A stretch of DNA of 64,000 bases from an uncultured Desulfosarcina sp. (GTDB lineage: Bacteria > Desulfobacterota > Desulfobacteria > Desulfobacterales > Desulfosarcinaceae), in the NCBI GenBank assembly GCA_963674945.2, contig CAXXWQ010000003.1, forward strand, positions 224,001-288,000, given 5' to 3'. A program made the translations under genes and the position numbers. The notes under the pieces are model-generated. The model saw only the letters and a program-made list of their open reading frames with translations. It did no database searches and was not told the DNA's origin. Numbering within the stretch: the stretch's first letter is position 1; each line of letters opens with the position of its first letter. Positions 9,426 through 18,693 of the stretch are shown in pieces.

Positions 9426-11714
9426 ATGGAACAAAGCGAGCTACGCCAATGGGAGCGCCTTTGCATCCAGGACGAACCGGCACCCTGCGCGGCGTCATGC
9501 CCGCTGCATGTGGATGTGCGTGCATTTATCGGGCATGTGGCAAACGGTAACTGGGCCAAGGCAAGAACCGTCTTGAACAAGACCATGCCCCTGGCAGGAA
9601 TTCTGGGTCGCATTTGCGACGCTCCCTGCCAGGCGGCATGTAACCGCGCCAAGATCGGCGGGGCGATTCGCATCGGCGCGTTGGAGCGGGCCATCGTGGC
9701 CCGTGACGACAAGCCCAAACGGGTGCTGCCCCTTCCAAAAAAAACAATCCGGGTGGCGGCGATCGGCAGCGGTTTGAGCAGTCTGACCGTGGCCTGGGAC
9801 CTGGCGCGCAAGGGCTATGACCTCACGGTATTCGAAACCGGTGGTCAAATCGGTGGCGTCTTGGCAAGGCAGTATCCGCAGCAGCTTTCGAAGGAAACGA
9901 TCGAAATTGAAGTCAAACGCATCGGCCAATTGGGTGTGCGCTTTGAAACCCACGCCGTCCTGGACGAAACTGCCATACGGGAATCCTTTGCCGCCGTGTT
10001 TGTGGGCCTGGACGGGATTTCCGATCCCATCTTCGCTTTTACGCCGGCAAGTCCGCTTCCCGAGGGACGCTTTGCCGGGGATACCCGAACGGACGGGGTC
10101 TTCGCCGCCGGCGGTTACGCCTCGCCGGTGTGGCAGGCCGCTTCCGGGCGCTGGTGCGCCACCTCCATGGACCGCTGGCTGCAAAAGGTCTCCATGGACG
10201 CCGGTCGGGAAAACGAGGGGCCTTACGAAACCCGGCTTTTTACCGACCTGGAGGGGATCACCTCGGTGCCGGCGATAGCCGTGGCCGACGCCATCGAAGG
10301 TTATTCACAAGACGAAGCCCGGGCCGAGGCGGGCCGTTGTCTGCAGTGCCAGTGTCTGGAATGTGTCAAGGTTTGTACCTTTCTGGAATCCTTCGGCGCT
10401 TATCCAAGACGATACGCCAGGGAAATATACAATAACGAATCCATCGTCATGGGCGAACGCAAGGCCAATAAGCTGATCAATTCGTGCAGCCTGTGCGGGC
10501 TGTGCGAGGCGGTCTGCCCCAACGATTTCGCCATGCAGGACCTCTGCCTGGCGGCCCGGCAGAGCATGGTCAGCCGGAATAAAATGCCGCCGTCGGCCCA
10601 CGATTTCGCCCTCCAGGACATGGCCTTTTCCCAAAGCGAGGCCTTTTTCATGGCGCGCCACCCCCCCGGCGGCTCCCAAAGCCAATATCTCTTTTTTCCC
10701 GGCTGTCAGCTTTGCGCTTCGGCACCGGGACAGGCAATGCAGGTATATGATTATCTGAGGCAAACGTTGACCGGCGGCGTGGGTCTGATGCTGGGCTGCT
10801 GCGGGGCACCGGCCCATTGGGCAGGTCGCCAAGAGCAGTTTTCCGAGGAACTATACCGCTGGGAAGAGGCCTGGAAAGCCCTTGGCAGACCGCGGCCGGT
10901 AGTTGCCTGCGCGACCTGTCGAAAGGTGCTTACGGACCATCTACCGAAAACCCATCCAATTTCATTGTGGGAAGTGTTCCTGGAAACCGGCATTCCCCAG
11001 TCCGGTCTGTATCGACCCAATGGAATGCTGGCCATCCACGATCCCTGTACGTCGCGCGACGCGCCGGCGGTTCAGGAGGCCGTGCGACAACTGGCCGCAA
11101 TCATCGGCATCGCCGTCGAAGAACTGGATCTGGGACGGCAAAAGACCGAGTGCTGCGGGTTCGGCGGTCTCATGGAAAATGCCAATCCGGCCATGGCAAA
11201 AACCGTGATCGAGGCTCGCGGAAAGCGCAGCAGCAGCGATTATTTGGCATACTGCGCCATGTGCCGGGATGCCCTGGCCGGCGTGGGCAAGCGTACCCTG
11301 CACCTTCTGGACGTTTTGTTTCCGGACCCGAGGGTAGCCGATCCGGCGGCCCGGCCCCGTCCCGGCTGGTCCCGAAGGCGGGAAAACCGTCAGCGGCTGA
11401 AAACCAATTCTTTGCGTGACTTGTGGAAAGAAGCCGTCGAAGATCCAGCGCATGATGAAACGTCGATATCGCTTCGCTTTGCACCGGGTGTGGAAGCGAT
11501 TTTGGAATCTCGACGCATTCTGAAGGAAAACCTGCGCCACGTGATCCGGCATGCCGAAGCCGGTGGCACCCGTTTTCGTCACGGCGAGACCGGCCGCTTT
11601 CTGAGCACATGCAGGGTGGGACATGCCTTCTTCTGGGTGGCTTACGAACCAACCGGCGACGGCTACCTGGTTCATAACGCCTATTCCCATCGCATGAAGG
11701 TACTGGGGCCATGA
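9426..11714 (+). CDS. Pyridine nucleotide-disulfide oxidoreductase / Fe-S dicluster / CCG-domain protein (DVU_1558-like)
   Basis: GltD-like N-terminal Cys motif, GSGLSS Rossmann motif, CxxCxxCxxxCP, two CCG motifs. Confidence 0.85.
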   Translation: MEQSELRQWERLCIQDEPAPCAASCPLHVDVRAFIGHVANGNWAKARTVLNKTMPLAGILGRICDAPCQAACNRAKIGGAIRIGALERAIVARDDKPKRVLPLPKKTIRVAAIGSGLSSLTVAWDLARKGYDLTVFETGGQIGGVLARQYPQQLSKETIEIEVKRIGQLGVRFETHAVLDETAIRESFAAVFVGLDGISDPIFAFTPASPLPEGRFAGDTRTDGVFAAGGYASPVWQAASGRWCATSMDRWLQKVSMDAGRENEGPYETRLFTDLEGITSVPAIAVADAIEGYSQDEARAEAGRCLQCQCLECVKVCTFLESFGAYPRRYAREIYNNESIVMGERKANKLINSCSLCGLCEAVCPNDFAMQDLCLAARQSMVSRNKMPPSAHDFALQDMAFSQSEAFFMARHPPGGSQSQYLFFPGCQLCASAPGQAMQVYDYLRQTLTGGVGLMLGCCGAPAHWAGRQEQFSEELYRWEEAWKALGRPRPVVACATCRKVLTDHLPKTHPISLWEVFLETGIPQSGLYRPNGMLAIHDPCTSRDAPAVQEAVRQLAAIIGIAVEELDLGRQKTECCGFGGLMENANPAMAKTVIEARGKRSSSDYLAYCAMCRDALAGVGKRTLHLLDVLFPDPRVADPAARPRPGWSRRRENRQRLKTNSLRDLWKEAVEDPAHDETSISLRFAPGVEAILESRRILKENLRHVIRHAEAGGTRFRHGETGRFLSTCRVGHAFFWVAYEPTGDGYLVHNAYSHRMKVLGP

Positions 11715-11923
11715 AAAACGACGATATCCGGCCCGAAGATTTGAAATGGCGCTGCGAGACCTGCCAGCGCGAACTGGTGGTGGGGCCGGTGACGGTGACC
11801 TACATGGATAATCGGTTTACCACGGAGCTGCCTTATTGCCCGACGTGTAAAGCCGTGCTGATTACCGATCGGGTGGCATTGGGGAAGATGGCGGAAGTGG
11901 AGCAGATCCTTGAAGACAAATAA
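11711..11923 (+). CDS. Small Cys-pair redox protein (DVU_1557 family)
   Basis: 70 aa; CETC...CPTC; ends LEDK; ATGA overlap with the upstream gene. Confidence 0.8.
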   Translation: MKNDDIRPEDLKWRCETCQRELVVGPVTVTYMDNRFTTELPYCPTCKAVLITDRVALGKMAEVEQILEDK

Positions 11924-11924
11924 A

Positions 11925-12632
11925 ATGGATCGACCCTACGAATCCGCCGCGTTACGTGCCGTCACAGGGCCGACGATCCGGCCGGGCGGTTTGGCGCTCA
12001 CGCATCGGGCGGTCGAAGTCTGTGGCTTGGGTTCCGGTGCACGGGTGTTGGACGTAGGCTGCGGAACAGGTGCCACGGCAGCCTGTTTGGAAGATCATCA
12101 TGACGCCTCCGTGGTGGGCATGGATCTTTCGTCCACCCTGCTTTCCGACGCGATCCGGCATTACCCTGAAATGGCGGCGGTCAGGGCCGACGCCATGGTG
12201 CTTCCATTTACGGCAGGAGCATTCGATGCGGTATTTGCCGAGTGTGTCTGCTCCCTGCTGCCCGATGCAGCCGCAGCGATAGAGGGCTTTTTCCGGATAT
12301 TGCGGCCGGGCGGCCATCTGGTGGTGGCGGACCTGTATTGGCGGACATGGAATTCGGCGGCGATTCGGCCCAAAGTCTCCTTTTACGGCTGCCTGGCGGG
12401 CGCCGTTGACCGGCACACCATGATCCGGCGCATCGAAACCGCCGGGTTCAAAATCCATTTATGGGAAGATCACTCGGATTTTCTCAAACAGCTTGCCGCC
12501 CAGCTCGTATGGGCCGGTATTCCGCTCAGCAACTGGTTGGATGGCGATTGTGCATCAAGGACCTGCCGATACGGCCGGCGTCCCGGATACTGTGTAATCG
12601 TTGCTCGCAAGAAAGAAAAAACCCATGGATGA
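11925..12632 (+). CDS. trsM: Class I SAM methyltransferase (DVU_1556 family)
   Basis: RPGG, LDVGCGTG and AECV motifs; operon position; ATG at 11925. Confidence 0.8.
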   Translation: MDRPYESAALRAVTGPTIRPGGLALTHRAVEVCGLGSGARVLDVGCGTGATAACLEDHHDASVVGMDLSSTLLSDAIRHYPEMAAVRADAMVLPFTAGAFDAVFAECVCSLLPDAAAAIEGFFRILRPGGHLVVADLYWRTWNSAAIRPKVSFYGCLAGAVDRHTMIRRIETAGFKIHLWEDHSDFLKQLAAQLVWAGIPLSNWLDGDCASRTCRYGRRPGYCVIVARKKEKTHG

Positions 12633-13071
12633 TTACCAGATTCAAATGTTGAAGATGGCAGGTACCGGTTACTCTTGCAGCCAGATTCTCATCCGAATGG
12701 CCTTGGAAACACGGGGCGAGGAGAATCCGGCCCTGGTACGCACCATGGCCGGGCTGGCCTACGGTTGCGGCAGTGGGAGGGGAAGCTGCGGTGCCCTGAC
12801 CGGCGGTTGCTGCCTTCTGGCCCTGTATGCCGGTAAGGGGGCCGATGCGGAGTCGGAATCGGATCAATTCCCTTTGATGCTCGATGAAATGAGCGCGTGG
12901 TTTGAAGAAAGGGTGGGCGCCCAATACGGCGGCACCACGTGCCAGATCATCACCGGCGAGGACGGCCCCGCAGCATCACGCAAGCGCTGCGGACAGATCG
13001 TGGCCGAAACCTTCGCCAAAGCCATGACAATCCTGACCACCCATGGTTTCGACCCTTATGACGCCGACTGA
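12625..13071 (+). CDS. C-GCAxxG-C-C family protein (DVU_1555 family)
   Basis: YSCSQ...CGALTGG...TTC...RC motif pattern. Confidence 0.85.
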   Translation: MDDYQIQMLKMAGTGYSCSQILIRMALETRGEENPALVRTMAGLAYGCGSGRGSCGALTGGCCLLALYAGKGADAESESDQFPLMLDEMSAWFEERVGAQYGGTTCQIITGEDGPAASRKRCGQIVAETFAKAMTILTTHGFDPYDAD

Positions 13072-14422
13072 ACAGACCACCCAAAGCCTCTGCCCTGTCT
13101 GCCTAAAGCGGATCGACGCCCGGCGCACGATTCGTGGCGATCGGGTCTTTCTGGAAAAAATCTGCCCCGATCATGGCAGCTTCAGCGTACGCATCTGGGA
13201 CGGAGAGCCTGGATTTTCCACCTGGCAGCGACCCAAAACCCCCACTCATCCGGCTATCCCCGGTCATGCCGTGGAAAAGGGCTGCCCTTTCGATTGTGGA
13301 TTGTGCCCGGAGCATCGCCAGCGCTCCTGCACGGTAATTTTGGAGGTTACCGACCGCTGTAACATGGACTGTCCGGTCTGTTACGCCGATTCAAGAAGCG
13401 CCGGCGACGATCCGCCCATTGCGACAATCGAAGGCTGGTTCAAGGCGGCGTTCCACGTCAGTGCCGGCAGCAACATCCAGCTTTCCGGCGGCGAGCCGAC
13501 CCTTCGGGACGATCTTCCCCGCATCGTTGCCATGGGGCGCGAGGCGGGTTTCGATTTTATCCAGATCAACACCAACGGGCTGCGGCTGGCCAGTGACGAG
13601 GCGTTCCTTCGCGACCTCAAAGATGCCGGGTTGTCCTCGGTCTTCCTGCAATTTGACGGGACACGTGATGCCGTCTACGAAAAACTTCGCGGCCGGCCGC
13701 TTTTGGCAACAAAAAAAACCGCTATCGAGAAGTGCGGACGGTACGGTGTCGGCGTTGTGCTGGTTCCCACCCTGGTGCCGGGCATCAACGATGACGACAT
13801 CGGCAATCTGATGCGCCTGGCCGCAGACCATGTGCCGGTAGTGCGATCCATTCACTTTCAGCCGGTCAGCTATTTCGGTCGTTTTTTTCATTCTCCGACC
13901 GATGGCGATCGCATCACCCTACCGCAACTCATGCGCCTGATCGAAGAAGAGACTGATGGCGTCTTCAAAGCCTCCGCGTTTTCGCCGCCGGGCTGTGAGA
14001 ACAGCCTTTGCAGTTTCAGCGCCAGCTATCTGGTCATGCCGGACGGCGATGTGCGGGCCGTGGGTCGCTCCGCGGGCACCTGCTGTCCCAAACCGATCCC
14101 TGCCGAAGTCGGTGCTGCCGCCGCTATCGATTTCGTATCCCGGCAGTGGCGGGCGCCGCAGTCATGCTGCGGAACACTTTCTCCCCGATCGTCCGGCAGC
14201 GGCTCAAACAGTCCGGATACCATGGATCTGGATGTTTTTATCCAGCGCGCCCGCACTTACCTGCTCTCCGTGTCGGCCATGGCCTTTCAGGACGTTTGGA
14301 ACCTGGACCTGGAGCGGGTGCGCGACTGCTGCATTCACGTCATGGCACCGGATACACGGCTGATTCCCTTTTGTCTTTACAATCTGACCAGTCAGACCGG
14401 TGAAAGGCTCTACCGCCCATGA
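13058..14422 (+). CDS. trsS: Radical SAM protein TrsS (Cys form; no in-frame TGA)
   Basis: N-terminal CPVC/CPDH zinc ribbon, CPFDCGLCPEH, CxxxCxxC (CNMDCPVC), C-terminal AFQD..DLERVRDCCIHV..IPFC. Confidence 0.85.
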   Translation: MTPTEQTTQSLCPVCLKRIDARRTIRGDRVFLEKICPDHGSFSVRIWDGEPGFSTWQRPKTPTHPAIPGHAVEKGCPFDCGLCPEHRQRSCTVILEVTDRCNMDCPVCYADSRSAGDDPPIATIEGWFKAAFHVSAGSNIQLSGGEPTLRDDLPRIVAMGREAGFDFIQINTNGLRLASDEAFLRDLKDAGLSSVFLQFDGTRDAVYEKLRGRPLLATKKTAIEKCGRYGVGVVLVPTLVPGINDDDIGNLMRLAADHVPVVRSIHFQPVSYFGRFFHSPTDGDRITLPQLMRLIEEETDGVFKASAFSPPGCENSLCSFSASYLVMPDGDVRAVGRSAGTCCPKPIPAEVGAAAAIDFVSRQWRAPQSCCGTLSPRSSGSGSNSPDTMDLDVFIQRARTYLLSVSAMAFQDVWNLDLERVRDCCIHVMAPDTRLIPFCLYNLTSQTGERLYRP

Positions 14423-15768
14423 CGACGGTTCCCATCACACCGTTGGATGACTGGATTCGCCGCAAGATCGGCATGGACGGGGATCGATCCTTGACCAGGA
14501 CCGCCCTGGCAGAATACCAGCTTCAGGCCCTCAACCGTACCATCGACCTTGCCCGGAGCAATAGTTCCTTTTACCGGACGCATCTGGCCGGCCTTCCCGA
14601 TTCGTCCCTACCCGACCTGGATCGCTTGCGCGAACTGCCGTTTACCACAACCGATGATATCCTCCGGGACCCACTCGCCCTGGTCTGCGTTTCCCAAAGT
14701 GACATCGCCCGGGTGATCACCATGGAGAGTTCCGGCACCACGGGGCGGCCGAAGCGAATCTTCTTTACCGACGCCGATCTGGAATTGACTATCGATTTTT
14801 TTCACCACGGCATGTCCACACTGGTGGAACCGGGCCAGCGGGTACTGATTCTGTTGCCCGGGGCGCTTCCGGACAGCGTCGGTGATCTGTTGACCAGGGC
14901 ACTTGACCGCATGGCAGTGACCGGCATCGTCCACGGACCTGTACACGATCCTGCCGCCGCCGTCCATGCGGCGATCACAAATAACGTCGACAGCCTGGTG
15001 GGCATCCCCGTCCAGGTACTGGCGATGGCTTGCGTGGATGAGGGAGATCGCCTGTCCGGTCTGATCCGGACCGTTCTGCTCAGCACCGACTATGTTCCCG
15101 ATGCAATCGTTCGGCGCATCCAAGCGGCGTGGAAATGCCGGGTCTTCAAACATTACGGCATGACCGAAATGGGCCTTGGCGGTGGTGTCGAGTGTGCGGC
15201 CCTTTCGGGCTATCACGTGAGAGAATCCGACCTGTTGGTGGAGATTGTCGATCCTCAGACAGGTTCACCGGTGCCGGGCGGCAGTATCGGTGAACTGGTA
15301 TTCACGACCCTGACCCGGCGGGGCATGCCCCTGATTCGATACCGAACCGGCGACCTGGCCGCCCTCGATACCGGTGCCTGCATTTGTGGAACAACGCTTG
15401 CGTCCCTTGCCGTCGTCATGGGGCGGGAAACGGGGGCGGTTGACCTCGGCGGGCATCGGCTTCACCTCGCCGAGATAGACGACGTGCTGTTCAATGTTGA
15501 ATCCATCCTGGATTTTTCGGTTCGGATCGACACGTCCCATGCCGTGGACAGACTCGATCTGACGATCAGCCGGCGGCCGGAGGTATCTTTGGAAGCGGTA
15601 ACGGCATCGGTAGAAAAGGCTCTTTCGAAAATACCCGCCATATCAAATGCCAAGGCGGCCAAGCGACTGAAACTTCGGGTAAAACCGGCAAAAAGCGCTA
15701 CGGCAGCCTCCTCCGGCAGTACCAAACGGCAAATGCACGACCACCGAAAAAGGACGCAAAAACCATGA
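14419..15768 (+). CDS. AMP-dependent CoA ligase, PaaK-like (DVU_1553 family)
   Basis: SSGTTGRPK, YGMTE and RYRTGD motifs. Confidence 0.85.
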   Translation: MTTVPITPLDDWIRRKIGMDGDRSLTRTALAEYQLQALNRTIDLARSNSSFYRTHLAGLPDSSLPDLDRLRELPFTTTDDILRDPLALVCVSQSDIARVITMESSGTTGRPKRIFFTDADLELTIDFFHHGMSTLVEPGQRVLILLPGALPDSVGDLLTRALDRMAVTGIVHGPVHDPAAAVHAAITNNVDSLVGIPVQVLAMACVDEGDRLSGLIRTVLLSTDYVPDAIVRRIQAAWKCRVFKHYGMTEMGLGGGVECAALSGYHVRESDLLVEIVDPQTGSPVPGGSIGELVFTTLTRRGMPLIRYRTGDLAALDTGACICGTTLASLAVVMGRETGAVDLGGHRLHLAEIDDVLFNVESILDFSVRIDTSHAVDRLDLTISRRPEVSLEAVTASVEKALSKIPAISNAKAAKRLKLRVKPAKSATAASSGSTKRQMHDHRKRTQKP

Positions 15769-16823
15769 ATACCATTTTTGACACGGCCTATGCTTATCTT
15801 GAAGCGGACACGCCTTTTGTCCTGGCCACCATCGTCACGCATGCCGGATCCACGCCGCGTGAATCTGGCAGCAAGATGATCATCACATCAAAGGGCAACG
15901 GCATCGGTACCATTGGCGGCGGCCTTCTGGAGGCCCGGGCCATGTCGCGGGCCGTTGAGTTGATGGGATGCCGTGCTTCGGCCCTCATCTCTTTTGATCT
16001 TACCGCCCGGACGGTTTCGACCATGGACATGATTTGCGGCGGTAAGGCCGAAGTGCTGCTCGACTATATCGCGGTCACACCAGAAAATCGTGCTGTGTTC
16101 GGGGCCTGGTCGAAGATGCTGGCCGCCGGCGGTAAGGGATGCCTGCTCACCCGCGTGTTGGCGCCTGTCGAGGATGGGGAAACCCTCCGGGTGGATCATG
16201 CCCTGGCCAACGCTCGGGGAGAGATCGAAGTCGGTTCGTTTGCGCCGTCAGCCGGACTATTGGACCAACTGGCCGCGTCCGCCACGTCACCGGAGATGCG
16301 ATCCATCTCCATCGATGGCGGATTCGTTGTGCTGGAACCGGCCCTTCGCGTCTGCACGGCTTACATTTTCGGCGCCGGCCACGTCTCACGACCGACGGCT
16401 CAGATGGCTGCCCTGGTCGGTTTCCAGGTAAATGTGGCCGACGACAGGGATGAATACGCCAATGCCCGGCGGTTTCCCGAGGCCCATGAGATCCGCGTCC
16501 TGAAGGACTTCGTTCACTGCATGCCCGACAAGGATCTGGGACCGGACGACTTCGTGGTCATTCTCACTCGGGGGCATCTTCACGACAAGACCGTACTGGC
16601 CCAAGCCCTTCGGACCGAAGCCGGTTACGTCGGCATGATCGGCAGCCGGAAGAAACGGGACGCCATCTACCGCATGCTGCAGGATGAAAGCTTCACACAG
16701 GCTGATATTGATCGGGTGCACGCGCCCATTGGCTTGAACATCGGCGCCGAAACCCCGGAGGAAATCGCCCTGAGCATCGTCAGCGAAATGGTCGCCGTTC
16801 GGGCAGGGCATAAATTGAGGTAG
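15765..16823 (+). CDS. xdhC: XdhC-family Moco chaperone / aldehyde oxidoreductase maturation factor
   Basis: GSTPR, GTIGGG, MICGG, FGAGHV, GMIGS and AETPEEIA motifs. Confidence 0.9.
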   Translation: MNTIFDTAYAYLEADTPFVLATIVTHAGSTPRESGSKMIITSKGNGIGTIGGGLLEARAMSRAVELMGCRASALISFDLTARTVSTMDMICGGKAEVLLDYIAVTPENRAVFGAWSKMLAAGGKGCLLTRVLAPVEDGETLRVDHALANARGEIEVGSFAPSAGLLDQLAASATSPEMRSISIDGGFVVLEPALRVCTAYIFGAGHVSRPTAQMAALVGFQVNVADDRDEYANARRFPEAHEIRVLKDFVHCMPDKDLGPDDFVVILTRGHLHDKTVLAQALRTEAGYVGMIGSRKKRDAIYRMLQDESFTQADIDRVHAPIGLNIGAETPEEIALSIVSEMVAVRAGHKLR

Positions 16824-16824
16824 C

Positions 16825-18018
16825 GTGGCGGGAAGAAATACAATGCAGAATCGACCAAATCTTTCGGCAGTCGTTCTGGCCGCCGGGCTCTCCACCCGCA
16901 TGAAACGGTTCAAGCCCTTGCTGAAGTTAGGGAAACGGCGTGTGGTAGAACGAGTCGTCTTTTCGTACCGGAATGCCGGCATCGAGGATATCGTCGTGGT
17001 CGTGGGGTATCGAGGGGAAGAGGTGCGCCGGGTGCTTGCACCGCTCGGTGTGCAATGTGCGGACAATCCCGATTACCAAAAGGGAATGTTATCATCGGTT
17101 TTGGCCGGTGTCCGGACTCTGCCGTTGGATTGCCGCGCCTTCTTTCTTCATCCGGCGGATATCCCGTTGGTGCGTCCCCAGACCGTGGTTCGACTGGCGG
17201 AAACGTTTCAGGCAAGCCACAGCACTGTTGTGTACCCGACATTTAACGGACGACGGGGGCACCCCCCCTTGATTGATGCCGGTGTGGTGCCTCGACTGCT
17301 GCGGTGGTCAGGGCGTGGCGGGATGCGGGCCTTTCTCGGCGGATACGATGCCGCCAGTCTCGATTTGGCGGTTGCGGATGAAGCCGTCGGATTGGATATG
17401 GACACGCCGGCCGACTACCGGCGGATGCTGGATCGGCTTCAACACGAGGGTGTACCATCCAGAGATGAATGCCGGATGCTGATGGAAGGTATAATCGCGC
17501 TGCCTCCGGTGATCCAGGCCCATAGCCGCGCGGTAGCCAGGATTGCCCGGCAAGTGGCGATGGCCGTGAAAAAAGCGGGCATCCGGATCGATGTCGATCA
17601 GGTATACGCGGCGGCCCTGCTTCACGATATCGCCAGACTTGAGGAAGATCACGCAAGTGCCGGTGCACGGCTGCTCGAGCGGCACGGCTTTTTCCGCATT
17701 GCCCCTGCCGTGGCCACCCACATGGCACTTGATGTGGAAGACGGCCGTCCCATCGACGTGGCACAGATCGTCTATCTGGCCGACAAGCTGGTCCAAGGAG
17801 ATCGATCAGTTGGTTTGAATCAACGGTTTTCTCGGGCCATGGAGAAATTCGGTCAGGACCCTGCAACCGCTTCCGCCATTGAACACCGGCTTGACACGGC
17901 CCGTCGCATTAAAAAGCGAGTGGAGGCGATCACAGAGCATTCCCTTGAAAGCTTGATCCATGGTGCCGGCGAAAAGGAGGGGACGGATATTGACATCGGA
18001 AGAATCAAACCCGAGTAA
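16825..18018 (+). CDS. MocA-like nucleotidyltransferase fused to an HD domain (DVU_1551 family)
   Basis: LAAGLSTRM..KPLL, GHPP and DMDTP motifs; C-terminal H...LLHD..H; alternative start ATG 16843. Confidence 0.85.
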   Translation: MAGRNTMQNRPNLSAVVLAAGLSTRMKRFKPLLKLGKRRVVERVVFSYRNAGIEDIVVVVGYRGEEVRRVLAPLGVQCADNPDYQKGMLSSVLAGVRTLPLDCRAFFLHPADIPLVRPQTVVRLAETFQASHSTVVYPTFNGRRGHPPLIDAGVVPRLLRWSGRGGMRAFLGGYDAASLDLAVADEAVGLDMDTPADYRRMLDRLQHEGVPSRDECRMLMEGIIALPPVIQAHSRAVARIARQVAMAVKKAGIRIDVDQVYAAALLHDIARLEEDHASAGARLLERHGFFRIAPAVATHMALDVEDGRPIDVAQIVYLADKLVQGDRSVGLNQRFSRAMEKFGQDPATASAIEHRLDTARRIKKRVEAITEHSLESLIHGAGEKEGTDIDIGRIKPE

Positions 18019-18634
18019 AACCGAGGATCATCTCATCTATCTGTTGCGACATGGCGAAATCGAGAATCCGGGCGGGAAGCGTTGTTATATTGGCCGTCAG
18101 GATCTGAAACTCAATGAAAAGGGCCGAAGCCAGGCATGCAGTTGGGCCGAGCAATTCGCCGACGTCGAACTGGAGTCAATTTACTGCAGTCCTCTGCGTC
18201 GCTGCCTGGAAACGGCCGAAATTATCGGCACACGATGCGGTCTGACGCCGGAGCCTGTCCGAGCGATGCAGGAGATCAACCTGGGGACGTGGGAAGGGCA
18301 GCGCATGGAGACCATCCGGACCCGACATCCCAAAGACTTTTCCCGGCGCGGCGAAGAGCTCGCCGATTTTCGCATACCCGGCGGGGAATCCTTTTCGGAT
18401 CTGCAACAGCGTTCGTGGTCGGCCTTCGAGGAACTGGCCAGTCGTCACCGGCGGCCGGTCCTGATGGTGACCCATGCCGGCGTAATACGCGTAGTGTTAT
18501 GCCGGCTACTGGGCATTCCGCTGCAGCACCTCTTTCGTATCGGTCAAACGTACGCCGGTCTGACGCTGGTCCACCGGGGGCCGGCCGGCTATCGCCTGCA
18601 ATCGCTCAACCTGACGAACCTTCCGGCCCTCTGA
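17990..18634 (+). CDS. Histidine phosphatase family protein (CobC/GpmB-like)
   Basis: LLRHGE, SPLRRC, GGES and VTHAG motifs; probable TTG start at 17990 after GGAGGG. Confidence 0.85.
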   Translation: MTSEESNPSKTEDHLIYLLRHGEIENPGGKRCYIGRQDLKLNEKGRSQACSWAEQFADVELESIYCSPLRRCLETAEIIGTRCGLTPEPVRAMQEINLGTWEGQRMETIRTRHPKDFSRRGEELADFRIPGGESFSDLQQRSWSAFEELASRHRRPVLMVTHAGVIRVVLCRLLGIPLQHLFRIGQTYAGLTLVHRGPAGYRLQSLNLTNLPAL

Positions 18635-18693
18635 CCGGCCGCTGCATCAAACCGATGTACGGCAGCCTGCTTTATGGAAAACTGCTATTTTCG

